This document shows, one piece after another, positions 47,809 through 56,794 of a stretch of DNA of 64,000 nt (the first letter of the stretch is position 1; each line of letters starts with the position of its first letter). The translations under genes were made by a program, and so were the position numbers. The notes beneath the pieces are model-generated. The model saw nothing but the letters and a program-made list of their open reading frames with translations, did no database searches and was not told where the DNA came from. The DNA lies in the NCBI GenBank assembly GCA_019310485.1, contig JAFDEF010000001.1, positions 13,289 to 77,288 of the forward strand, in the 5' to 3' direction. This DNA comes from Deltaproteobacteria bacterium (lineage in GTDB: Bacteria > Desulfobacterota > DSM-4660 > Desulfatiglandales > HGW-15).

Positions 47809-48696
47809 TTAAATCCTTTCTATCCTGACCTGACCAAACAGGCCATGCGGTTTGAAGATCAGCACAACTATCATGACTATAAAAGGAAACACATTAGCCA
47901 GACCGCCTCCAGGGAGCAATGGGTCCAGGTAGCCGGCAGCAACATTCTCAAGGATGCCCAGGATTATTCCAGCTACGATTGCGCCACCGATTGACTCCAA
48001 TCCACCCAGCAAAACCACGGCAAATGCTTTGATGCCGACATTGGCCAGTGGTATCATAACTCCCGATACGCCGCCCAGAAGAATGCCGCCAATAACGCCG
48101 ACTACCGATGCAATTACCCATGATAGAGCGTAGACCCTGGTTGCTTTAATACCAGCGCTCTGCACTACCTGTAGATCTTCTGCAGTAGCCCTCATTGCGA
48201 GTCCGATCTTGGTGTAATGAAAAAAAAGCATCAGTATTGTTACTGCGGCACCAGACACGATTAGTCCAATTAAGGACTCCGAGGGCACAGAAATTTCCCC
48301 AATGTGAAGGGATAAGGTGGGTAGCAGCCCGTGGTAAGTCTTGTATTCGCCTCCCCAGATTAAGGTTGCCAGACCTTCTAATATGCTTGCCAGGGCTATG
48401 GTCATCATAATTACGGCCAGCACAGGTTGACCAACCAGGGGTCGCAGGGTGAGCCGTTCTATCAGCAAACCCATCACTGCAGCCGTGGCCATTGCCATTA
48501 AAAGACAGGCCCATATCGGCAGGTGAAAAGCTACAAGGAAAGTATATCCCAGGTAACCGCCTATCAGCACGAAATGTCCTTGCGCAATATTGAATACCTC
48601 GGAACATTTCAGAATAATAACAAATCCTATAGCAACCAGAGCATACACTATGCCCAGAGAAAAGCCGGTTACCACCAATTGCAGGAAATAGGTCAT
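47809..48696 (-). CDS. HAAT family ABC permease, LivH-type (set 2)
   Basis: 295 aa, MTYFLQLVVTGFSLGIVYALVAIGF...NIAQGHF. Confidence 0.85.
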   Translation of the reverse strand: MTYFLQLVVTGFSLGIVYALVAIGFVIILKCSEVFNIAQGHFVLIGGYLGYTFLVAFHLPIWACLLMAMATAAVMGLLIERLTLRPLVGQPVLAVIMMTIALASILEGLATLIWGGEYKTYHGLLPTLSLHIGEISVPSESLIGLIVSGAAVTILMLFFHYTKIGLAMRATAEDLQVVQSAGIKATRVYALSWVIASVVGVIGGILLGGVSGVMIPLANVGIKAFAVVLLGGLESIGGAIVAGIILGILENVAAGYLDPLLPGGGLANVFPFIVMIVVLIFKPHGLFGQVRIERI

Positions 48697-48707
48697 TGAA
48701 AAGCTCT

Positions 48708-50633
48708 TTAGGCGGAGTTGATCCTTATAATAGTCCTTCTTTTTTCAGTGCTGCCGTCCCAGTGTTTGATCAGGGTTTCTAATGGAACCTCGGTTTTTTC
48801 ATTATACATGGCGTTGATAAGTTCGCTTAAGCGGTTTTGCAAAAATCTCCGTCTCAGTTTCCTGGTTCTGGTTAGCTCGCCCTCATCAGGACTAAACTCC
48901 CTGTGGAGATTAACGTATTTCTTCAACATGACGCCAGGAGGCAGAGATTGATTTATTCTGTCTATCTCTCTTTTCACCAGGCTTATAACCTCCGGCTTCT
49001 GGGAAAGGTCGGCAAACCCCGTATAGGCCACCTTTCTCTTCCCTGCCCACCTGCTAACTGCATCGTAGTTGATTACTACGATCGCCAATGCGTACTCCTT
49101 GCCTTGGCCAGCCAGGATCCATGCATCCTTGATATAAGGGCTGAACCGAAGCCGGCTCTCAATAAGCTGAGGGGCTATTTTCTCACCACCGGGCAGTTCA
49201 ATAATATCTTCCAATCTGTCTATGATTACGATGTGTCCGTTTTTGTTGATAAACCCTCCATCTCCTGTATGAAACCAACCTTCTTCAAGGACTTGTGCCG
49301 TCCTCTCCGGGTCCTTACAATAGCCCAAAAAAACACCAGGCTGTCGATAGATTATTTCGCCATCGTCGGCTATTTTCACCTCCGATCCCTTGTGGGCAGG
49401 GCCCACTGTATCCAGGGTAACATCATTGTTCTTCGCCCCGGTTAGTGCCCCTCCCTCTGTCGTGCTATAGAGGCTTTTCAGCGGGACCCCTATCGCATGG
49501 TAGAATCTTAGTGCCTCGGGACTGAGAATCGCCCCGGTTGTGTAACAAATTCTGGCATTTAACAGGCCAAGGCTCCGTTTTAAGGGTCTAAAGAGCAAGG
49601 CATCAGCCAATGCGCGAAGAGCTTTCAAAAAAAGTCCCGGCTTTTTCTTCTGAAACTTTAACTCCGCTGCCTTGTAGCCGATCGGCATTAGAAGGCGGAA
49701 AGCGAATTTCTTAATCACATCAGCTGCAAGCATCCGTGCTTGCACTGTTGCTGCCTGACTTTCCCAGATTCTGGCCCCACTGACAACGATGCTCGGCCCT
49801 GTTTCACTGACGTCCCGGTACTGAGTTTCAGGTGCTTCGGCAAAGTTCAAAGTGCAGCCGGAGAGCAGGTGACAGCCAATACTCCACCATTGTTCTGTTA
49901 TCCAGGCTGGCGGCAGGTAAGGCACCAAGTTATCATCCTCATACCATGGATCCAGGAGCAAATGGTAAATGGCGCCGGTCATCAATGTTCTGAAAGTGTG
50001 CAAGCACCCTTTGGGCGAATCCCCGGTAGTGCCTGAAGTGTAGACAATTGCGCAAACATTATCGGCGGAGCCGGTTTCTACACCACGCTCAAATACTCCC
50101 GGATGTTTTTCCTCATGTTCTCTCCCCAGTTCCAGAACCTGCCTGATTCCCATCAACAAGCTATCCCCATAGTGGGCGAGGCCTTTGTAGTTCCAGTAGA
50201 TAACCCTCTCAAGCCGGGGAAGTTCCTGCTTAGCTTCGAGAAACTTGTCAACTTGCTCCTGACCTTGAGCTATTGCAAATCTGGCGTCAGAATTTTCCGC
50301 AATGTATTTTATTTCCGAGGGCGCAAGTTCGGGACACAGACCCACGCTAATCCCGTGGTTGGACTGAGCCGCGAGTTCAGAGTAATACCACTCCGGTGCA
50401 TTGTCCCCCATAATAAGCAGGCGATCTTCAGGTTCAAACCCCAGGGATTGCAAACCCAGTGCAAGATACTTAACACTCAGATAATAGTCCGCCCATGTAA
50501 CAGGTTCCCATACGCCGTAATGCTTGTGCCGCATAGCCTTGCGACTTGCACCGTATTTTTCGTAATTGTACTTGAGTATCTTTGGCCATGTATCGCCCTT
50601 TTCTTTGTAGAGTTCCTCTTGTGTGGAAGCCAT
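48708..50633 (-). CDS. AMP-forming acyl-CoA ligase, long FadD-like form embedded in the ABC operon (ligase 2)
   Basis: AMP-binding motif IVYTSGTTGDSPKGCLHTF and GWFHTGDGGFINKNGHIVIIDRLEDII. ATG 50633 (MASTQEE) lies 16 nt after the livF stop. The track ORF starts at TTG 50657. Confidence 0.85.
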   Translation of the reverse strand: MASTQEELYKEKGDTWPKILKYNYEKYGASRKAMRHKHYGVWEPVTWADYYLSVKYLALGLQSLGFEPEDRLLIMGDNAPEWYYSELAAQSNHGISVGLCPELAPSEIKYIAENSDARFAIAQGQEQVDKFLEAKQELPRLERVIYWNYKGLAHYGDSLLMGIRQVLELGREHEEKHPGVFERGVETGSADNVCAIVYTSGTTGDSPKGCLHTFRTLMTGAIYHLLLDPWYEDDNLVPYLPPAWITEQWWSIGCHLLSGCTLNFAEAPETQYRDVSETGPSIVVSGARIWESQAATVQARMLAADVIKKFAFRLLMPIGYKAAELKFQKKKPGLFLKALRALADALLFRPLKRSLGLLNARICYTTGAILSPEALRFYHAIGVPLKSLYSTTEGGALTGAKNNDVTLDTVGPAHKGSEVKIADDGEIIYRQPGVFLGYCKDPERTAQVLEEGWFHTGDGGFINKNGHIVIIDRLEDIIELPGGEKIAPQLIESRLRFSPYIKDAWILAGQGKEYALAIVVINYDAVSRWAGKRKVAYTGFADLSQKPEVISLVKREIDRINQSLPPGVMLKKYVNLHREFSPDEGELTRTRKLRRRFLQNRLSELINAMYNEKTEVPLETLIKHWDGSTEKRRTIIRINSA

Positions 50634-50649
50634 ATCCCCACGCCTTTTA

Positions 50650-51450
50650 TCAAGCAATCCACCTTTTTCTTCGGCGGTAGTGCTTGATGTCCCGATAACT
50701 TTTTCTAGAGCCCACGGTAGACAGGCCCATATAGAATTCTCTAATGTCGTCGTTATCCCTCAGTTCCTCAGCCGGCCCTCCCATGACTATCTTGCCGTTC
50801 TCCATAATATGGCCGGTATCGGCAATACCAAGCGCAGCTCTGGCATTTTGCTCCACAAGCAGTATTGCCATTTTTTGTTCAGAGTTAATCCCTTTGATAA
50901 TTCCATAAATTTCCTGGACCATGAGCGGGGCAAGGCCGAGTGATGGTTCATCAAGAAGCATAAGCTTGGGACGGCCCATGAGGGCTCTACCGATCACAAG
51001 CATCTGCTGCTCGCCCCCGGATAGATATCCGCTTGTCTGGCGGCGGAGACGCTTAAGGCCGGGAAAATAGTCAAAAACCATATCCATATCTTTCTTGACG
51101 CCAGCCCTATCCTTCCTGAGATAGGCTCCGACCATTAAATTTTCCTCAACGGTTAGGTGCTCCAGAACTCTTCTTCCCTCCATAACCTGGCTAATACCCA
51201 TTCCAGCGATATCCTCGGGTCCATACCCATCTATTCTCTCCCCAGCGAGGTAAATGCTTCCATCGGTTATCTCTCCTTCCTCGGTTTTTAGAAGACCTGA
51301 TATGGCCTTTAGCGTGGTGGTCTTTCCTGCACCGTTAGCCCCGAGAAGGGCAATTATTTTCCCCCTGCTCACGTTCAGGGATACCCCTCGCAGTACCTCA
51401 ATAACCTTCATGTAAACAACTTCAATATTGTTTATCTGGAGCACCAGCAA
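50650..51450 (-). CDS. HAAT family ABC ATPase, LivF-type (set 2)
   Basis: 266 aa. Walker A GANGAGKTT, signature LSGGEQQMLVIGRAL and Walker B LMLLDEPS. It has a short basic C-terminal tail. Confidence 0.9.
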   Translation of the reverse strand: MLVLQINNIEVVYMKVIEVLRGVSLNVSRGKIIALLGANGAGKTTTLKAISGLLKTEEGEITDGSIYLAGERIDGYGPEDIAGMGISQVMEGRRVLEHLTVEENLMVGAYLRKDRAGVKKDMDMVFDYFPGLKRLRRQTSGYLSGGEQQMLVIGRALMGRPKLMLLDEPSLGLAPLMVQEIYGIIKGINSEQKMAILLVEQNARAALGIADTGHIMENGKIVMGGPAEELRDNDDIREFYMGLSTVGSRKSYRDIKHYRRRKRWIA

Positions 51451-51489
51451 TATCCCCGATTCTGGTTAAAAACGCTAACGCCTACCTGT

Positions 51490-52314
51490 TTAAACCTCTA
51501 TTTCCTGCCCCAGGTAAGCACTTATCACCTTGTGGTTACTCTTTATTTCAGAAGGGCTACCCTCCGCAATTTTTCGCCCAAAATCTAGAACAACAACCCT
51601 GTCCGCTATATCCATAACTACCCCCATGTCGTGCTCAACAAGGATAATACATCCCACCCCTTCTCTCAAAACAGGCGTGTCGGGATAAGTCTCTCCCTGG
51701 CCTTCGAATACATCAATTATAAATCTTGCCATATCCTCTTTTTCCTCCTGGTTCATGCCGGCCATGGGTTCATCAAGAAGCAGCACTTTCGGTTCCAGGG
51801 CCAGAGCCCTCCCCAGTTCGACTCTTTTTTGCATTCCGTAGGGAAGAACCCCAACTGTTTTTTTCCTGATTGGTGCGATTTCCAAAAAATCAATAATCTC
51901 TTCTACAATACGGCGGTGCTTAATTTCCTCCCCAAGCGCCCAGCCAAAGTATATCGCCCCGCCGAGAAAATTCTGCCCCATGAGGGCGTGCCTGGCTGCC
52001 ATCAGATTGTCTTGAGTGCTAAGCCCCCTGTAAAGCTCAATGTTCTGAAAAGTTCTCGCAATCCCCACCTTGGCTAACTTGTCAGGACGCATACGGGTGA
52101 TCTTCTGCCCGTCAAAATAGATCTCGCCTTTCTGCGGTTTATAAAAACCATTTATACAGTTTAGAAGCGCCGTCTTGCCCGCGCCGTTAGGTCCTATTAT
52201 TGCCAGTATTTCCTTATCCTTGACCTCCATGCTCACTTCATCAAGCGCTCTAACCCCGCCAAAGCTTAGCGAAAGGCTGTCAATCCATAACCTGATCTCG
52301 CTATCGCCTTCCAC
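51490..52314 (-). CDS. HAAT family ABC ATPase, LivG-type (set 2)
   Basis: Walker A GPNGAGKTA and Walker B LLLLDEPMAGMN. GTG 52314, preceded by GGAGG, gives a typical length. The track ORF extends to 52410. Confidence 0.85.
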   Translation of the reverse strand: MEGDSEIRLWIDSLSLSFGGVRALDEVSMEVKDKEILAIIGPNGAGKTALLNCINGFYKPQKGEIYFDGQKITRMRPDKLAKVGIARTFQNIELYRGLSTQDNLMAARHALMGQNFLGGAIYFGWALGEEIKHRRIVEEIIDFLEIAPIRKKTVGVLPYGMQKRVELGRALALEPKVLLLDEPMAGMNQEEKEDMARFIIDVFEGQGETYPDTPVLREGVGCIILVEHDMGVVMDIADRVVVLDFGRKIAEGSPSEIKSNHKVISAYLGQEIEV

Positions 52315-52661
52315 CGAATCTTGCCTCCAATCTCTTTCTGGTGAAAATAAAAGGGCCAGTGCGCACTTTGAGATAATATTCGGGCAGCCATCTATTCCGG
52401 GTTCCTGCAAACGATTACGCCCCGGACCTTAACTTAAGTAATTAGGATTTCTTTTCAAAAGAGGGCCTTTGTGACCGGGTTGCAACAAAATACCGCTCAT
52501 TTCTCTCAATTCACTATATCATGCGGCCTCAAAAACTGCAGCAATGCTTTTCCCCTCTCCAAAATGAATGCACCTGATGGGGCATACCCCCATGCATGCA
52601 GGCTCTTCACCCTGGGCGAGCCTCTCCGCAACACGCTTCCACTCATCAAGTTCTTCATAAA

Positions 52662-53546
52662 TCAGGCTTCTAGCCAGCCTTTGCGAAAGGCCCTGATATA
52701 ATCCTGGCACCACCGGTCTTGACCCAGAAGAAGGGTAGTTGCTCTCAATGTCCCCATGAGTTTCTTATCTAGGGGATCCACAATGGCTGCGCTGAGTCCT
52801 GCTCTCATGGCAAGGGCCAAAAAAGCCCTGTTAACCAGGTGGCGTTTGGGCAATCCGAATGAAACATTCGATAACCCGCAGATCACATTCGCCCCCGGTA
52901 GTTTCCGCCTGATCCCCTCAATTGCTTCAAGCGCAATCAGGGCTGCATTGGTATTCGTGCTCACCGCCTGAATAACAGGATCAATGTAGATTCTCTCTCG
53001 TTTTACTCCCAGAGATTCAAGATCCGAGACGAGCCGCGCCGCAGTATCCAGCGCTTGTTCCGCGTTTTTGGGAATGCCCTTGTCATCAATACAAAGGGCT
53101 ACAATGTCGCAATCCGTGCTTTGGATTATTTCTGACATTGCCTCAAATCGATCTTTCTCCGCGGTTGTCGAGTTCAGCATCGGAGGGCGCTCTACCACGT
53201 GCAGCACCGATCGGATACTACCAGGATTTGGGCTGTCAATGCATAGCCTCACCTCCGGCACGGTACTTTGAACAATGTCAATGAGCCACGCCAGATCATC
53301 CACCTCTGAGTTGAGACGTGATCCTGCGTTAATATCTATCAAATCAGCCCCTGCCTCAAGCTGAGATTTCACATCTTCCTGGATGTATGCAGCCTCCCGC
53401 TTCTCCACGGCTTCATTTACTCGCTTACGGCTCGTGTTTATCCGCTCCCCAACTATTACCAGCACAATCTCCCCCCTTTGGGCCTCTGCTTGCGTGCACT
53501 CACCATTCCCCCCCCGGGGCACGTCGGAAGTCTGCCCCGGGGGCAT
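52662..53546 (-). CDS. Pterin-binding methyltransferase (methylcorrinoid:tetrahydrofolate methyltransferase, MtrH/AcsE/MtvA-like)
   Basis: IVGERINTSRK, AGADLIDINAG, LCIDSPNP, IALCIDD, IYIDP and GLSNVSFGLP are hallmarks of the pterin-binding (DHPS-like) methyltransferase barrel. An alternative GTG start is at 53465. Confidence 0.8.
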   Translation of the reverse strand: MPPGQTSDVPRGGNGECTQAEAQRGEIVLVIVGERINTSRKRVNEAVEKREAAYIQEDVKSQLEAGADLIDINAGSRLNSEVDDLAWLIDIVQSTVPEVRLCIDSPNPGSIRSVLHVVERPPMLNSTTAEKDRFEAMSEIIQSTDCDIVALCIDDKGIPKNAEQALDTAARLVSDLESLGVKRERIYIDPVIQAVSTNTNAALIALEAIEGIRRKLPGANVICGLSNVSFGLPKRHLVNRAFLALAMRAGLSAAIVDPLDKKLMGTLRATTLLLGQDRWCQDYIRAFRKGWLEA

Positions 53547-53626
53547 ATCAACCTAAAGACTTTCAATGGCTTTTCTCTTGAGGCAAGTTAATCTTGCCTT
53601 ATCTCTTTACACAGAATCCAACGGTT

Positions 53627-54964
53627 TTACCTGTAGACACCGTATTCTCTTGTGAAATCTATCATTGCGTGCAAGGTGTCGGGCTTGCCTTCATCCATAC
53701 CAGTTCCCGTGGCCATGATAAACCCCCCGCCCTTTCCGGCCACATCTATAAGCTCCTTACAGTAAGCTTTCACTTGTTCAGGGGTGCCAGTGAGCAACAG
53801 CCCTGCCGGAACATTTCCGCCAATACAGATCTTGTCACCAATGAGCTCTTTTGCCTTTGCCATATCAGTGCGGTCAAATATCCAAAAACAAGAACCCCTT
53901 GGAAGTTCCTCTAGATATTTAAGCCTGGTATTAAAGCTTCCCTCGCAAAACAAGAAGGGAACACATCCCTCACTGGCAATCCCCAGGATCACATCCTTAA
54001 GAGGAGGCCAGTAGAATGTTCTGAACTGCTCGTCCGACAAAAAACCGTCCGCCCCCTTGTGCAAGGGCATAAAGACCATTGGATTGCCTGCCATGGTGGC
54101 CATACCTACCCCCTGTTTTATCTGAAGAGGGGTGATTCTCTCCATGGCTTTTGAAACCATCTCCGGCCGTCTGTACAGGTCGGTCATGATGCCTCTTGTA
54201 CCCCGAAGTGTATCTGCCAGGATATCGTAAGGCGCTTTGGCCGCGCCGCCCATTGCTGTGGGGAAACCCATGCCTTTGGCTTCCATCTCGAAAGCCTGAA
54301 TTTTTTGGAACCACACCATGGCTTCGTTTCCAGCCTCTAACAATGCTTTCAGCGCGTTCTGAACATCTGGTATCCCATATGGAACCGTGAGACCGGAAAC
54401 CGCCACGATTTCCCACAACCAGGTCAACGGAGCGAGGTTTGCCAGGGGCGCCAGGGTCCCAAAAACACGAGGAATCCATGTTCTCAGCCAAAAATCCGAG
54501 GGGTCGTCAATAAGTGAAGGGTAATCCTCGGCTTTCATATATTCGCCTTCGACGCATTGATATCCGGAGTTTTTGGACACACCGTGCCCAGGCCACCTGT
54601 ATTGTCGGAATTCGAGGATTTCCAGTATCTTTCCCGAGCCTATAAAGGCTGGAGAACCATAATAGTCAGGCTTGTAGTCAAGCAAGAACTGCTTATTGGT
54701 GGACACCAGCTTGTCATAATCATACATGCATTCGTAGGGTGTCACTCCGTAGAGGTCTGTCTGCATAAAGGTGCCTATGGGGAATATCGGCACCCTGTCT
54801 GGAGTTTTTTCCATAAGAACGGTATCTTTAAACCTGGTTACGCTTGCCTTGTACATGGCCTCAGCTTCCGGGCTTTGGAATTCTACCCCTTCTGCTGCAT
54901 ACCAGGTTGCAAACCTGGCCTCCCTTTTCTCTTCTGCCGACATCTCTTCCCATTTCTTTTCCAT
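53627..54964 (-). CDS. Uroporphyrinogen-decarboxylase (URO-D) family methyltransferase (substrate:corrinoid methyltransferase candidate)
   Basis: 445 aa of the long URO-D-family type seen in O-demethylase/MtaA-like systems. Its start codon lies 1 nt after the corrinoid-protein stop. Confidence 0.75.
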   Translation of the reverse strand: MEKKWEEMSAEEKREARFATWYAAEGVEFQSPEAEAMYKASVTRFKDTVLMEKTPDRVPIFPIGTFMQTDLYGVTPYECMYDYDKLVSTNKQFLLDYKPDYYGSPAFIGSGKILEILEFRQYRWPGHGVSKNSGYQCVEGEYMKAEDYPSLIDDPSDFWLRTWIPRVFGTLAPLANLAPLTWLWEIVAVSGLTVPYGIPDVQNALKALLEAGNEAMVWFQKIQAFEMEAKGMGFPTAMGGAAKAPYDILADTLRGTRGIMTDLYRRPEMVSKAMERITPLQIKQGVGMATMAGNPMVFMPLHKGADGFLSDEQFRTFYWPPLKDVILGIASEGCVPFLFCEGSFNTRLKYLEELPRGSCFWIFDRTDMAKAKELIGDKICIGGNVPAGLLLTGTPEQVKAYCKELIDVAGKGGGFIMATGTGMDEGKPDTLHAMIDFTREYGVYR

Positions 54965-54965
54965 T

Positions 54966-55598
54966 TTACCGCCCTCCTATCCAGCCTTTAGCCAGTTTCA
55001 CTGCTTCCATGGCATCCTTGCCGTATGCATCCGCCCCAGTGTAACTCCTGACTTGTTCGTCAATCTGTCCGCCCCCTATCATGATTTTCAGATCATCCCG
55101 AAGCCCCGCTTCAGTTATCGCATCAACAGTATCCTTCATGGATTGAAACGCCAGCGTGAGAAAACCGCTCAACCCAACCACCTTGCTCCCGGTTTCCTTG
55201 ATTGTATCTACAAATTTCTGCGCCGGGACGTCTATCCCAAGGTCGTGAACCTCAAATCCGTTTACATCCAGCATAAAAACAACAAGGTCCTTCCCAATAT
55301 CATGGATGTCACCAGCCGCTGTGCCGATAACCACTTTGCCGAGCCGCTCTGTTTTCTCATCTTTCTTTAGGTGTGGCTCGAGAATCTTGACAATGCCCTT
55401 GAGGACTTCCCCTGAGAAAACAAGGTCTGGGATGAAATATTCTTCTGTGGCAAACTTCTGCCCCACAATGTTCATCCCGTCCCTGGCATCCCCCAAAAGC
55501 TCCATAGGGTCTACTCCCTCTGCCAGGGCTTTTTCAACAAAGTTCAGGGCCTCCTGCTCCTTTAACTCTGATAACAATTTCACCAATTCCCCTGCCAT
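54966..55598 (-). CDS. Corrinoid (B12-binding) protein
   Basis: 210 aa. N-terminal helical cap domain, then the B12-binding Rossmann domain with DxHxxG (GDIHDIGKDLV), SxL (GLSGFLT) and GG (MIGGG). Confidence 0.85.
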   Translation of the reverse strand: MAGELVKLLSELKEQEALNFVEKALAEGVDPMELLGDARDGMNIVGQKFATEEYFIPDLVFSGEVLKGIVKILEPHLKKDEKTERLGKVVIGTAAGDIHDIGKDLVVFMLDVNGFEVHDLGIDVPAQKFVDTIKETGSKVVGLSGFLTLAFQSMKDTVDAITEAGLRDDLKIMIGGGQIDEQVRSYTGADAYGKDAMEAVKLAKGWIGGR

Positions 55599-55722
55599 AG
55601 CATTAGCCTCCTTTTGGAATTTTTCAAAAACGCCTTAACAGTACCCACAAATGAACTCCCAGTTTCACCGACACGCCACCCCGCTCAGACATAGCTTTTA
55701 AATCACATGAAACCTGGGGTTC

Positions 55723-56190
55723 TTATTGTCCTACGGAAAGCATGTTGTTTCTGATTAGCTTTCTCAGTTTGTCAAGGAGATCCATCTTGGCCTCTTCGCT
55801 GAATCCCTTGAGAATAGACTCTGCGCTTTTTTCCTTTTCGGGTTCTATGTTCTTGAGGGTTCTTTTCCCTTTGGGTGTTATTTCCAGGATGGTCACACGT
55901 TCATCATTCGGATCTGATTTCCTAATCAAGAACCCGTCTCTTTCCAGTCTCTTGGCTATACCTGTCATATTAGCACCGGGAACAAGCATTATCCTGCTCA
56001 CCTCAGAGATTTTGTTTCTGCCGTTCAGAGATGCGTCCAGAACTCTGAGCACGTTATACTGGGGAAAGGACAGGCCGTAGTTTCTGAAAATAGCGCTATG
56101 GCTCCTTTTAAAAATTTCAGCGGCCCTCACCATCGCCATCAGCACCCTCTCATTGGTGCTAAGGTCACTTACGTATCTCTTGGTGTTCAC
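55723..56190 (-). CDS. MarR family transcriptional regulator
   Basis: 155 aa. Winged-helix region LSFPQYNVLRVL...ISEVSRIMLVPGANMTGIAKRLERDGFLIRKSDPNDERV. Confidence 0.85.
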   Translation of the reverse strand: MNTKRYVSDLSTNERVLMAMVRAAEIFKRSHSAIFRNYGLSFPQYNVLRVLDASLNGRNKISEVSRIMLVPGANMTGIAKRLERDGFLIRKSDPNDERVTILEITPKGKRTLKNIEPEKEKSAESILKGFSEEAKMDLLDKLRKLIRNNMLSVGQ

Positions 56191-56231
56191 AGCTATCCCC
56201 TAACCAGTGATTGTCAAAAGTTATTCAATAT

Positions 56232-56260
56232 ATGTAATATATAAATGTAATGTAATTACA
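56232..56260. promoter_or_regulatory. AT-rich operator-like repeats in the marR / ligase-3 divergent region
   Basis: The heptamer ATGTAAT occurs at 56232 and 56245, with GTAAT again at 56252. They overlap the 10-bp palindrome TGTAATTACA (56251-56260), about 40-70 nt upstream of the marR start. Confidence 0.25.
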
Positions 56261-56563
56261 GCTCTTGTCTTCCTTTAACCGAATGTTCATTATGGGATAT
56301 TTGATTCCTTAACTCACCAGCTGCCTAATATCACTGTATTTTCGTCCTGTCAACACTAATCCTTATATTTTTTGGGCTACTGGTGGGAAAGAAACTTATT
56401 GGATCTCATTATTTCTTGGTACGTACGCTTGAAACGGAAGACCTCTAAGCACGGGGGCATGGGAGTGCTATTTCAAATTTTAAAATATTTAGGTGTTACT
56501 AGTTAAAATCTACTATTTATATTACTTGACTGACAATTAGAAGCAAAATTGATAATAAAAGTC

Positions 56564-56592
56564 TTGACAAATATTCTTGCCACTTCTATGTT
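56564..56592 (+). promoter_or_regulatory. Sigma70-type promoter candidate for the ligase-3/ABC set-3 unit
   Basis: TTGACA (56564-56569), a 17-nt spacer, then TATGTT (56587-56592). This implies a leader of about 200 nt before the ATG at 56795. Confidence 0.4.
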
Positions 56593-56794
56593 GGGCTCTT
56601 GGGAATGTCAAGACTGTCGCCGGATAATCCAACAACCCCACCGTCAGGGGTTCTCTGTCTCCTATTTCACCGGGTGCGCTCATCGCCGCAGAATTTGCGG
56701 ACGGGTATTTTCAACTGGAGTGTTTCTTATGGTTTGCGAACGCTCCGCTAAACTGCCCGGCTGAGACCATGCACCATTAGAGGATCAGAACCCT

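Noticed and set aside
56593-56794. Possible cobalamin riboswitch in the ligase-3 leader: GGGAA..., GGATAATCC, CCCCACCGT, and a B12-box-like GCCCGGCTGAGACCATGC. It was tempting because a corrinoid system is encoded divergently.
   Set aside because: The matches are short and mis-spaced relative to the consensus I know (GGGAA-N3-GGTG..AA.TCC, GCCACTG box, AGCCAGGAGACCTGCC). The downstream genes are a CoA ligase and a Liv-type importer, not B12 transport or biosynthesis. A cmsearch with RF00174 is needed before any claim.
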